Below, one piece after another: positions 8,948-17,951 of a DNA stretch of 46,371 nucleotides. Position numbers and translations under genes: made by a program. The number at the start of each line of letters is the position of its first letter. Position 1 is the first letter of the stretch. Under the pieces are notes generated by a model, which saw only the letters and a program-made list of their open reading frames with translations, had not been told where the DNA came from and made no database searches. Source of the stretch: an uncultured Bacilli bacterium (GTDB lineage Bacteria; Bacillota_I; Bacilli_A; RF39; UBA660); the NCBI GenBank assembly GCA_944363675.1, contig CALVUT010000084.1, positions 1 through 46,371 on the forward strand, given 5' to 3'.

Positions 8948-10558
8948 ATGAATCAGAATGTGGACAATTCACCTTTAAAACCTTTAAAATATCCAGGCTT
9001 GGGCCTGTTTATGTCCTTTAAAATTGTTTTTGAATTAATTTTATATATTTTTAAATGTGCTTGGCGAGGCTTTCTTTTTGTATTTAAAGATATTCCTATC
9101 TATGCCTGGCAAAAAATGAGCGGTAAAGTAGATGAAGCATACAAAGGAACCAAAAAAATTGCTGAAAAATCTAAGAACAACCAAACACCAGCCAAAAAAA
9201 GCGTTTTAAATATGGATTTAAATGATTTATTAAAAAATACCAAAATGATGAAACGCAAAATGGAAAATCTAGAAAAAGAAAAAGCAAAACTGCAGGAAGA
9301 ATTAAAAGGACAGGGGGGTATTCGATCTAAAGAACCAAAGGTTTTTCGATTCACGGCGAAAAACAAAGATGGAAAATTAGAAACGGGAACAATCAATGGC
9401 CTTTCAAAACTAGATGTTCACACATTTTTAGTCCAAGACGGTTACGATGTCTATAAAATTGAATCGAATAAATACATCGATTTTATCTATGGTCAATCTA
9501 GTCTTTTTGCCGTTCGAATGAAAAATAAAGATTTACTTTTCTGGTTAACCCAACTATCCACATACATAAAAAGTGGTATCACTTTGACAGATTCCATTAA
9601 AATATTAAACATGCAAATGAATAAAAAGCCCGCTTATAAAAGAGCTTTTCAATCTATCATTTATGAACTTACAATGGGAGAATCCTTTTCTTCTGCCTTA
9701 GAAAAACAAGGAAATATGTTTCCTGCTTTATTAATTAACATGATACGAGCAGCAGAAGCAACTGGGGAACTTCAAGAAACTTTAGATGACATGGCTACTT
9801 ACTACGAAGAAATCGAGAAAACCCGTAAACAAATGGTATCCGCTTTAACTTATCCGACAATTATTCTCATTTTCAGTTTAGCCGTTATTACTTTTGTTAT
9901 GGTTTGGGTAGTTCCAAGATTTGTAGATATCTATGATGATGCTGGGGCGGATTTAAACGGACTTACTTTAGCCATTTTAAATTTGAGTACATTTCTTCAA
10001 GCCAATGTTTTTTATCTATTATTAGTGATCATATTGATTGTTGTCATTCTTGTTGTCGCGTATAAAAAAATCAAGGCTTTTCGTAAAACCGTACAGACGA
10101 TATTAATGAAAACACCAGTTATTGGTAAAATTATGATTTACAACGAAATGACAATATTTTCCAAAACTTTTGCATCCTTGCTACGCAACAATGTATTCAT
10201 CACCGATAGTATTACCATATTAAGTAAGATTACGAATAATGAAATCTACAAAGAAATTATGTACAATACCATTGATAATATCGTCAAAGGAGAACGTATT
10301 AGCCTTGCGTTTGAAAATCAATGGGCAGTTCCCGATGTAGCATACTTCATGATCCAAACTGGTGAATCAACTGGCCAACTTGCCGAAATGATGTTTAAAG
10401 TAAGTACTTACTACCAAGAACTACACCGCAGTATGGTCGGTAGTTTAAAGGCCTTTATCGAACCAATAACGATCTGTCTTTTAGCTGGAATCGTCGGAAT
10501 GATCATCATGGCTGTATTATTGCCAATGTTTGGCTTATACAGTGAGATAGGAGTGTAA
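8948..10558 (+). CDS. Type II secretion / type IV pilus platform protein (GspF/PilC/ComGB family) with a ~130 aa N-terminal extension
   Basis: PilC-like N-terminal domain (VFRFTAKNKDGKLETGTINGLSKLDVHTFLVQDGYDVYKIE). Two T2SSF repeats and three TM segments. The extra N-terminus has a hydrophobic segment and a K/E-rich coiled-coil stretch. RBS gaggaagag precedes ATG 8948. Confidence 0.75.
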   Translation: MNQNVDNSPLKPLKYPGLGLFMSFKIVFELILYIFKCAWRGFLFVFKDIPIYAWQKMSGKVDEAYKGTKKIAEKSKNNQTPAKKSVLNMDLNDLLKNTKMMKRKMENLEKEKAKLQEELKGQGGIRSKEPKVFRFTAKNKDGKLETGTINGLSKLDVHTFLVQDGYDVYKIESNKYIDFIYGQSSLFAVRMKNKDLLFWLTQLSTYIKSGITLTDSIKILNMQMNKKPAYKRAFQSIIYELTMGESFSSALEKQGNMFPALLINMIRAAEATGELQETLDDMATYYEEIEKTRKQMVSALTYPTIILIFSLAVITFVMVWVVPRFVDIYDDAGADLNGLTLAILNLSTFLQANVFYLLLVIILIVVILVVAYKKIKAFRKTVQTILMKTPVIGKIMIYNEMTIFSKTFASLLRNNVFITDSITILSKITNNEIYKEIMYNTIDNIVKGERISLAFENQWAVPDVAYFMIQTGESTGQLAEMMFKVSTYYQELHRSMVGSLKAFIEPITICLLAGIVGMIIMAVLLPMFGLYSEIGV

Positions 10559-10560
10559 TT

Positions 10561-11319
10561 ATGCAAGTAGTATATGCAGTCTTTTTCTTTTTATTAGGAA
10601 GCGTCCTCGCTTCCTTTTATGGAGTCCTCGCAACAAGACTACCCGAAAATAAATCTATAATTTCCCCTCGCAGCCATTGTGATTCTTGTAATCATCCCTT
10701 ATCTTGGTGGGAACTTATTCCTATTTTGTCTTATATCTTATTAAGAGGAAAATGTCATAAATGTCATAAACATATTCCAATTACAGGTTTTATTGTTGAA
10801 ATATTCATGGCCATCGCCTTTATGTTTTCTTATCTATACTTTGGCATTTCCTATAACTTCTTTGTATCTTTATTTCTAATTTCCTTATTTGTCTTAATCT
10901 TTTGGACAGACATTACCCATATGATCATTCTAGACTCACCCTTACTCATTACATTAATCGCTGTATTCTTCTTAAAATGGTATTATTTTAGTCTAGAAAC
11001 TGCCGGATTATCTTTATTAAACGGATTATTTCTCTTTCTTTTGATGCTCGCCATAGGTTTTCTTGGCAAATGGATGTTTAAAAGAGACGCTTTAGGTGGA
11101 GGAGACATCAAACTAGCCTTTCTATTTGGCCAAATCTTAGGCATTCCTCATGCTTTAATAGCCTTAGTACTATCAACATTCCTGGCTTTACCATATGCAA
11201 CATTCAGTTTATTTCATTCCGAACAAAGAGAAGTCCCATATGGCCCATTTCTCATTGGCGCGTTATGCATAGTCTTCTTCTTTTACGATAAATTTACTTA
11301 CATTGTTCAATTATTTTAA
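10561..11319 (+). CDS. Prepilin peptidase (A24 family, PilD/ComC type)
   Basis: N-terminal CxxC...CxxC (CDSCNHPL...CHKCHK), GGGDIKL aspartyl motif, polytopic membrane protein. Starts 3 nt after the platform-protein stop. Confidence 0.85.
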   Translation: MQVVYAVFFFLLGSVLASFYGVLATRLPENKSIISPRSHCDSCNHPLSWWELIPILSYILLRGKCHKCHKHIPITGFIVEIFMAIAFMFSYLYFGISYNFFVSLFLISLFVLIFWTDITHMIILDSPLLITLIAVFFLKWYYFSLETAGLSLLNGLFLFLLMLAIGFLGKWMFKRDALGGGDIKLAFLFGQILGIPHALIALVLSTFLALPYATFSLFHSEQREVPYGPFLIGALCIVFFFYDKFTYIVQLF

Positions 11320-11329
11320 ACAACCGTCA

Positions 11330-11364
11330 AACAACTGTAAATTTACAAATGCAGTTGTTTTTTG
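11330..11364 (+). terminator. Rho-independent terminator after the prepilin peptidase gene
   Basis: aacaactg-(14 nt)-cagttgtt followed by a T-run. Confidence 0.55.
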
Positions 11365-11417
11365 TTATAATGATCATCGTAATAAATACGATAGTGTAAG
11401 CCATAATAGAAGTAGGA

Positions 11418-12326
11418 GTGAGTAGTTATGTTTGTAGTGCTCCAGACAATTATGGGAATTCCTATTATTTTAGAGGAAATGTTACCAACAACTATGTAAA
11501 ATTTGGTAAAAACGAACAAGGCCAAGACATGTATTGGAGAATCATAAGAATCAATGGAGATGGTTCTATAAGGCTCATCTATGATGGAACCAGTGCACAT
11601 GCCAATGGAGAGGATAGTGCAGATAGACAAATTGGAACAAGTGCATATAATTCATCTTCTAATGATAATGCCTATGTCGGATATATGTATGGAACACCAG
11701 GATCGAGTAGTTATGCCGAAACTCATACAAACACCAATGATAGTACAATTAAATCCTATTTAGATGATTGGTATAAAAGAGTGTTTTCAGGGACGTCCTA
11801 TGAAAGTTATATAGTAGACAACTTATTTTGTAATGACCGTAGTATAAATAAAATAATACCAAATGATGATTATAGTAATTTAGGGTATGGAACCGAAAAG
11901 ACTTCTTATCGCTGGTTTTATGGTCCATGGGATAATGAAGAAGTGCAATATCCAAGAATTGCATGTTCAAATCAAAATGATCGGTTTACAGTAAGTGATG
12001 GATTAATAGGTAATGGAGACTTAACATATCCAATCGGACTTATTACAACAGATGAAGCTGTTTTAGCAGGAGGCTATAATAATTCAAATAGTCAGTATTA
12101 TTTGTACACAGCGAGAACGTTTTGGACACTTTCACCATATAACTTTTATGGCAACTATGCTAGCTATGCATATGTACATTTTGTTGCTTCAACCGGTAGT
12201 GTGAATGGAGGAACAGTTATTAGTACTAACGCAGTTGGTGTGCGTCCTACCATAAATTTAATGGCCAACAGTTTGAAATTCGGGGATGGAACTATGACTA
12301 ATCCATACACCGTAGAAGCGGCTTAA
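11418..12326 (+). pseudogene. 5'-truncated paralogue of the surface-protein gene at 32582-34716
   Basis: The open frame begins mid-domain at ...YVCSAPDNYGNSYYFRGNV..WRIIRINGDGSIRLIYDG. This aligns with residues ~215 onward of the long copy (YLCSAPDDYGTSYYYRGNV..WRILRINGDGSI). No signal peptide. The only start is a GTG without a convincing RBS, and a TAA lies 7 codons upstream. Shared motifs: NAYVGYMYG, LFCNDRS, YPIGL(I/V)TTDE(A/V)VLAGGY, GVRP.I.L.ANSLK.G.G....NPY.VE. Confidence 0.55.
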
Positions 12327-12333
12327 AAATGAC

Positions 12334-12359
12334 AATCTAGTCTATGGACTAGGTTTTTC
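12334..12359 (+). terminator. Rho-independent terminator
   Basis: aatctagtc-tatg-gactaggtt stem-loop followed by tttttc. Confidence 0.55.
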
Positions 12360-12372
12360 TTCTAAAACAAAA

Positions 12373-12415
12373 CTAGCACTTAAGTGTTGACAGTGCTAAC
12401 AAAATGTGCTATAAC
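12373..12415 (+). promoter_or_regulatory. CIRCE (HrcA operator) overlapping a sigma-A-type promoter of htpG
   Basis: CTAGCACTT-N9-CAGTGCTAA (12373-12399) matches the CIRCE consensus TTAGCACTC-N9-GAGTGCTAA at 15/18. TTGACA (12387-12392), 17 nt spacer, TATAAC (12410-12415). Confidence 0.7.
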
Positions 12416-12440
12416 AATTACGTAGAAAGAAGGAATAAAT

Positions 12441-14324
12441 GTGGCCAAAAAACAATTTAAAGCAGAATCAAAAAAATTAATGGATCTAATGATTAATTCC
12501 ATTTATACCAATAAAGAAATATTTTTAAGAGAGATTATCTCCAATGCAAGCGATGCTATTGATAAATTGCATTATGAATCTTTAACGAATAAAGATATTA
12601 AAGTAAATAAAAAGAACTTTGAAATTCGTCTTACTCCAAATAAAGAAGCAAGAACTTTGACCATTTCAGATAATGGTTGCGGTATGACCAAAGAAGAACT
12701 AGAAAACAACCTAGGTACAATCGCTAAAAGTGGCTCATTAAGTTTTAAAGAAGAAAACGAACACAAAAAAGATATTGATATCATTGGTCAATTTGGTGTT
12801 GGTTTTTACTCAGCCTTTATGGTTAGCAAAAAAATTGAAGTAATAAGCCGTGCATATGGCAGCGATGAGGCCTATAGTTGGACTTCAAGTGGTATTGATG
12901 GTTATACGATTGAAAAAGCATCGAAGGATAGCTATGGTACCGATGTTATTTTGACTTTAAAAGATGATACAGAAGATGAATCTTTCAGTGAATACTTAGA
13001 AGATTATCGTCTAAAGGGACTTGTTCGCAAATACTCCGATTATATTACATATCCAATTAAAATGGAAGTTACGCATCAACATTTAAAAGAGGGTAGTGAT
13101 AACGAGTATGAAACCCATACCGAACTTGAAACTTTAAACGACATGGTCCCTTTATGGAAAAGAGATAAAAAGAAAGTAAAACAAGAAGACTATGATACTT
13201 TTTACAGCGATAAATTCATGGATTACGAAAAACCTTTAAAAGTCATTCATACTAGTGCCGAAGGTTTAGTAAGCTTCAATGCGTTGCTTTTTATTCCATC
13301 ACATGCACCATATGATTTCTATACCAAAAATTATGAAAAAGGCTTGCAACTATATTCAAACGGTGTTTTGATCATGGAATCTTGTGGAGATTTACTTCCA
13401 GATTACTTCAGTTTTGTCAAAGGCGTTGTCGATTCTCCGGATTTATCTTTAAATATTTCTCGCGAAACCTTGCAACAAGATAAAAATTTGAAACTTATTG
13501 CTAAAAACATTGAAACGAAACTCATTAAAGAACTAACAAGTATGTTGAAAGAGAGTCGTGAAGACTACGAAAAGTTCTTTAAAGCTTTTGGAGCAAATAT
13601 TAAATTCGGTGTTTACGATCAATTCGGAATGAATAAAGACAAACTCAAAGATCTATTGATTTTCTATTCTTCTAGTGAAAAGAAAATGGTTACTTTACAA
13701 GAATACGTTAGTCGTATGAAAGAAGGCCAAGAAGCAATTTACTATGCTTGCGGAGAAACAACCGACAAAATCGATTTAACTCCTCAAGTTGAACAAGTAA
13801 AAGACAAAGGTTATGAAATTCTTTATTGCACAGATTATGTCGATGAGTTTGCCCTCCAAACTTTGATGACTTACGAAGAGAAAAAGTTCTTAAATGTCGC
13901 TAAAGACAATTTGAATTTGGATACTGAAGAAGAAAAAGAAGAAATCAAAAAATTAAATGAAGACAACAAAGACATGTTCACTTTAATGAAAGAAACATTG
14001 CCGGATATTAAAGAGGTTCGTTTTACCAATCGTTTAAAAACACATCCTGTATGTTTAGTAAGTGAAGGCAATATTTCTATCGAAATGGAAAAAGTCATCA
14101 ATGCAATGCCAACAGATGAACAAATTAAAGCAGATAAAGTTCTAGAAATCAATAAAGATCATAAGATTGCCAAAAAACTAGAACATCTATATGAAACGGA
14201 TAAAGAAGCTTTAAAAGACTACACTAAGATTTTATATGCTGAAGCAAGACTTATTGAAGGATTACCAATTGATAATCCAACGGAAATAACTTGTCTTATC
14301 TGTGATAAATTAGCCGCAGAATAG
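12441..14324 (+). CDS. htpG: Molecular chaperone HtpG (Hsp90)
   Basis: GHKL ATPase N-terminus [17 protein letters not shown] and GQFGVGFYS. Full-length ~627 aa. GTG start after RBS gaaggaa. Confidence 0.92.
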   Translation: MAKKQFKAESKKLMDLMINSIYTNKEIFLREIISNASDAIDKLHYESLTNKDIKVNKKNFEIRLTPNKEARTLTISDNGCGMTKEELENNLGTIAKSGSLSFKEENEHKKDIDIIGQFGVGFYSAFMVSKKIEVISRAYGSDEAYSWTSSGIDGYTIEKASKDSYGTDVILTLKDDTEDESFSEYLEDYRLKGLVRKYSDYITYPIKMEVTHQHLKEGSDNEYETHTELETLNDMVPLWKRDKKKVKQEDYDTFYSDKFMDYEKPLKVIHTSAEGLVSFNALLFIPSHAPYDFYTKNYEKGLQLYSNGVLIMESCGDLLPDYFSFVKGVVDSPDLSLNISRETLQQDKNLKLIAKNIETKLIKELTSMLKESREDYEKFFKAFGANIKFGVYDQFGMNKDKLKDLLIFYSSSEKKMVTLQEYVSRMKEGQEAIYYACGETTDKIDLTPQVEQVKDKGYEILYCTDYVDEFALQTLMTYEEKKFLNVAKDNLNLDTEEEKEEIKKLNEDNKDMFTLMKETLPDIKEVRFTNRLKTHPVCLVSEGNISIEMEKVINAMPTDEQIKADKVLEINKDHKIAKKLEHLYETDKEALKDYTKILYAEARLIEGLPIDNPTEITCLICDKLAAE

Positions 14325-14346
14325 GAAAAAATCCTATTCTTTTTTC
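14319..14346 (+). terminator. Terminator after htpG
   Basis: gaatagga-aaaaa-tcctattc followed by tttttt. Overlaps the TAG stop. Confidence 0.5.
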
Positions 14347-14384
14347 TTTACTTCAGTTTTAGCTGTGTTATAATTTAGGCACGG

Positions 14385-16949
14385 GTGGTAAAAGTGAAAC
14401 GTAATGAAGTAGATTATAATAAATTAAGTCCAATGATGAAACAATATTTAGATATAAAAAAAGATTATGAAGAAGAGTTACTTTTTTATCGCATCGGAGA
14501 CTTTTATGAACTGTTTTTTGAAGACGGTATAACAGCATCTCGAGAACTCGAACTAACTTTAACAGGGAAAAATGCTGGATTAGAAGAACGTGTGCCTATG
14601 TGTGGTGTTCCCTTTCATTCTGTGCAACCTTATATAGAAAAGTTGGTGAACAAAGGTTATAAAGTGGCAATCTGTGAACAATTAGAGGATCCGAAAAACA
14701 CGAAAGGAATGGTTAAACGCGGAGTTACGCAAGTAATTAGTAAAGGAACCGTTGTCGACTTAGAGCTCCTAAATGAACATAGCAATCATTACATTGCTAG
14801 TGTTCTCGATTTTTCTTACATGTATACCCTTTGTTACGCCGATATTTCAACAGGAAGTATTTATGTTTCCATTCTTCCTCATCAAAAAGAGGAATTGATT
14901 AGTACCATTTTAAACTTAAATATCTTAGAACTCGTTGTTAAAAAAGATATCGACTACGAACTTCTCGCTGCTTTAAAGGGAAACTATGGCATCGAAGTCT
15001 CATTCAGTAATGAACTTTTAGAAGGAGAATACGAAAGAGTCTATGAACATCTAGAAGATCCTCATTATATTGAAGCAGTCAAACATTTAATGTATTATCT
15101 TGTCATCAAAGAACTAAAAGACTTAAGTCATTTAAAACCTGCTGAAGTAGTTATCCCAGATGATTATTTGATGATGGACATCCATACAGTCCGTAACTTA
15201 GAATTAGTTGAAACTCTCCGGTTGAAAGAACGGACATATTCTTTAATTTGGCTTTTAGATAAAACGAAAACGAGTATGGGATCACGTAAACTTAAACAAT
15301 GGTTAATGAATCCTTTAAAAAACAAAGAACTTATCGAAAAAAGATATGATAAAATTGAAATTTTAAATTCACAGTTTATTTTAAAAGACGAACTAAGAAA
15401 TTGCCTATATGAGATTTATGATATCGAACGCCTTTGTGGAAAAGTAACTTGCGGGTCTTTAAATGCCAGAGATTTATTACAATTGAAATTAAGTTTAAAA
15501 GTTCTTCCTCGCATTCAAGAAATTATTAAAGAACTTCATTTTGAAATGGACTTAAAAACTCATCAAGATCTTTATAATTTGTTAGAGAAAGCTATCGCTG
15601 AAAATCCGCCAATCACCGTAAAAGAAGGGTCGATGATTAAAGAGGGATATAATGAAGAATTAGACGAATTAAGAAGTATTCGCAGTGGAGGCAAAACGTT
15701 TATCGCAAACATCGAAGCGAGCCTAAAAGAAGAAACTGGAATTAAAAATTTAAAAGTCGGATTTAACAAAGTCTTTGGTTATTACATTGAAATTACAAAA
15801 GGGCAAATCAATAATGTTCCCGAAGAACTTCATTGGGAAAGAAGACAGACATTAACAGGCTGTGAACGGTATATTAGTCCAGAGCTCAAAGAAAAAGAAG
15901 CTTTAATATTAAATGCCGAAGAAAAAATTATCGATTTAGAGTATCAATTATTTTGCCAAATTAAAGAAGAAATCAAAAAAAATATCTTAGCCCTTACCGA
16001 TACGGCTAACGTCTTAGCTGAACTAGATGCCTTGTGTGCTCTAGCTGTAGATGCTGAAGAATATCATTTAGTAAGACCAACACTAAACAATACCCATAAA
16101 ATCGAAATCAAAAATGGTCGTCATCCCGTTATAGAAAAAGTGAGTAATCAAGAATATGTATCCAATGATTGTATTATGGATGAATCTATTTGCACGCTTT
16201 TAATCACAGGTCCAAACATGAGCGGTAAATCCACTTATATGCGCCAACTCGCTATTATTATTATCATGGCCCAAATGGGTTCATTTGTTCCCGCATCCAG
16301 CGCCAATCTTCCAATCATCGATCAAATTTTCACTCGTATTGGAGCCAGTGATGACTTAGTTAGTGGTGAATCTACTTTTATGGTAGAAATGAAAGAAGCA
16401 AAAAATGCAATTTGTCATGCGACAGAAAATAGCCTGATTTTATTTGACGAATTAGGACGCGGAACAGCAACCTATGATGGTATGAGTCTTGCTCAAGCAA
16501 TTCTTGAATATGTTTCTACGCATATTAAATGTAAAACTTTATTTTCAACCCATTATCATGAACTAACCATTATGGAAAGCAAAATTCCATCGATCAAAAA
16601 TGTTCATGTCAGTGCCGTAGAAGAAAATGGCAATCTCATTTTTTTACATAAAATTAAAAATGGAGCCGTGGATAAAAGTTACGGTATTCATGTAGCAAAA
16701 CTAGCAGGATTACCTACCGAAATCATTTCGCATGCGGAAGAAATTCTTGCATCTTATGAAGGTAGCAAGAAAAAAACACACGAAGAAAAACAAATTCAAT
16801 TTGTTATGGAATTTCCAGAAGACCAAAAAAAAGATCCAATTCACGACAAATTAGAAAAAGCAGACATTTTGCGTATGACGCCAATGGAAGCAATCAATTT
16901 TCTTTACGAGCTAAAAGAAGCATTAAATGAAGAAAAAAATCATAAATAA
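14385..16949 (+). CDS. mutS: DNA mismatch repair protein MutS
   Basis: SPMMKQYLDIK N-terminus, Walker A GPNMSGKST, DELGRGT, STHYHEL. The true start may be GTG 14394, which has better RBS spacing after gggtgg. Confidence 0.92.
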   Translation: MVKVKRNEVDYNKLSPMMKQYLDIKKDYEEELLFYRIGDFYELFFEDGITASRELELTLTGKNAGLEERVPMCGVPFHSVQPYIEKLVNKGYKVAICEQLEDPKNTKGMVKRGVTQVISKGTVVDLELLNEHSNHYIASVLDFSYMYTLCYADISTGSIYVSILPHQKEELISTILNLNILELVVKKDIDYELLAALKGNYGIEVSFSNELLEGEYERVYEHLEDPHYIEAVKHLMYYLVIKELKDLSHLKPAEVVIPDDYLMMDIHTVRNLELVETLRLKERTYSLIWLLDKTKTSMGSRKLKQWLMNPLKNKELIEKRYDKIEILNSQFILKDELRNCLYEIYDIERLCGKVTCGSLNARDLLQLKLSLKVLPRIQEIIKELHFEMDLKTHQDLYNLLEKAIAENPPITVKEGSMIKEGYNEELDELRSIRSGGKTFIANIEASLKEETGIKNLKVGFNKVFGYYIEITKGQINNVPEELHWERRQTLTGCERYISPELKEKEALILNAEEKIIDLEYQLFCQIKEEIKKNILALTDTANVLAELDALCALAVDAEEYHLVRPTLNNTHKIEIKNGRHPVIEKVSNQEYVSNDCIMDESICTLLITGPNMSGKSTYMRQLAIIIIMAQMGSFVPASSANLPIIDQIFTRIGASDDLVSGESTFMVEMKEAKNAICHATENSLILFDELGRGTATYDGMSLAQAILEYVSTHIKCKTLFSTHYHELTIMESKIPSIKNVHVSAVEENGNLIFLHKIKNGAVDKSYGIHVAKLAGLPTEIISHAEEILASYEGSKKKTHEEKQIQFVMEFPEDQKKDPIHDKLEKADILRMTPMEAINFLYELKEALNEEKNHK

Positions 16950-16955
16950 TGATAG

Positions 16956-17501
16956 GTGATTATATTGGAATTCCAAAAAAAGGAAAAAATAAACAATCTA
17001 GCCTTAAAACAAGCTATATTAAAAATTTTACAAGCCCAAACTTATGAAATGGCTATGCAAAATTATTTAGAACTGTACTTAACTGTTCCAAACCATATGC
17101 TAAAACAATACCTAAAGACACCGATCGTTAAAGGAAACAAAGCACTGAAAGACTTACCAATAATAAAACGAATACTAACTGATTTTCGCAAACAAGACAT
17201 TTTTTACTATCAAGTTGTCTTAGGAATAGATGATAGAGGAAATTTAATTCATGGGAAAGAAGCGGAATATATTTTTCGCAAAGAAAAAAGTGACTTAGAA
17301 CTATACCAAGAATATAAAGAAAAGCAAACCTTTTATCATCGATTAAATGATGCGATTTTAAAAAAAGATACAGCCTATTTACAAACGCAAATAGCTTTTC
17401 TAGCCCAATCAAAAAGCTATGCTTGGACAATTTATTACTTTGGATTATCTCCTTCCGTGTCTAGGGGCCAAAAATTGTGCAAAAAAACTAGTATAACCTA
17501 G
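16956..17501 (+). CDS. Hypothetical protein (181 aa)
   Basis: Open frame between mutS and nusB with coding-like composition. No motif recognised. Confidence 0.45.
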   Translation: MIILEFQKKEKINNLALKQAILKILQAQTYEMAMQNYLELYLTVPNHMLKQYLKTPIVKGNKALKDLPIIKRILTDFRKQDIFYYQVVLGIDDRGNLIHGKEAEYIFRKEKSDLELYQEYKEKQTFYHRLNDAILKKDTAYLQTQIAFLAQSKSYAWTIYYFGLSPSVSRGQKLCKKTSIT

Positions 17502-17509
17502 TTTTTTTT
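17481..17509 (+). terminator. A/T-rich stem-loop terminator
   Basis: aaaaaaactag-tataac-ctagtttttttt overlaps the TAG stop of the 181 aa ORF. Confidence 0.4.
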
Positions 17510-17540
17510 GATAAAATAGTGAGGAATGAAGGTGATTTAG

Positions 17541-17936
17541 ATGCTTAGTCGTAGTGAAGCAAGAAAAGTTTGTATGACTTGTTTATATCAAATAGATATT
17601 TTAAAACAAAATAAGTTGGATGTGCAAATAGAGGATATTTTAAAAGAAAATTTAGAAGTCAGTAATGATTTTGTTAAAGAAATCGTTGAAGGAGTGGAAA
17701 GCCACTTAGAAGAATTGGATGATCTTGCCAACAAATATTTAAAAGATTGGCATATCTCCCGTTTAGATAAAGCTGGAGCAGCGATTTTACGTATGGCTTT
17801 CTACGAACTAAAATATATGGATACTCCGCCAGTAGTTGTCATTAATGAAGCCGTTGAGCTAGCCAAAACCTATACAGATAAAGAACTTGCTCAAATGATC
17901 AATGCATGTCTAGATGCATACTTAAAAGAAGAATAG
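17541..17936 (+). CDS. nusB: Transcription antitermination factor NusB
   Basis: 131 aa. SRSEARK...LYQ N-terminus and ...DKAGAAILRMAFYEL...PPVVVINEAVELAK core. Confidence 0.85.
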   Translation: MLSRSEARKVCMTCLYQIDILKQNKLDVQIEDILKENLEVSNDFVKEIVEGVESHLEELDDLANKYLKDWHISRLDKAGAAILRMAFYELKYMDTPPVVVINEAVELAKTYTDKELAQMINACLDAYLKEE

Positions 17937-17951
17937 AAAAGAGGCATACAT

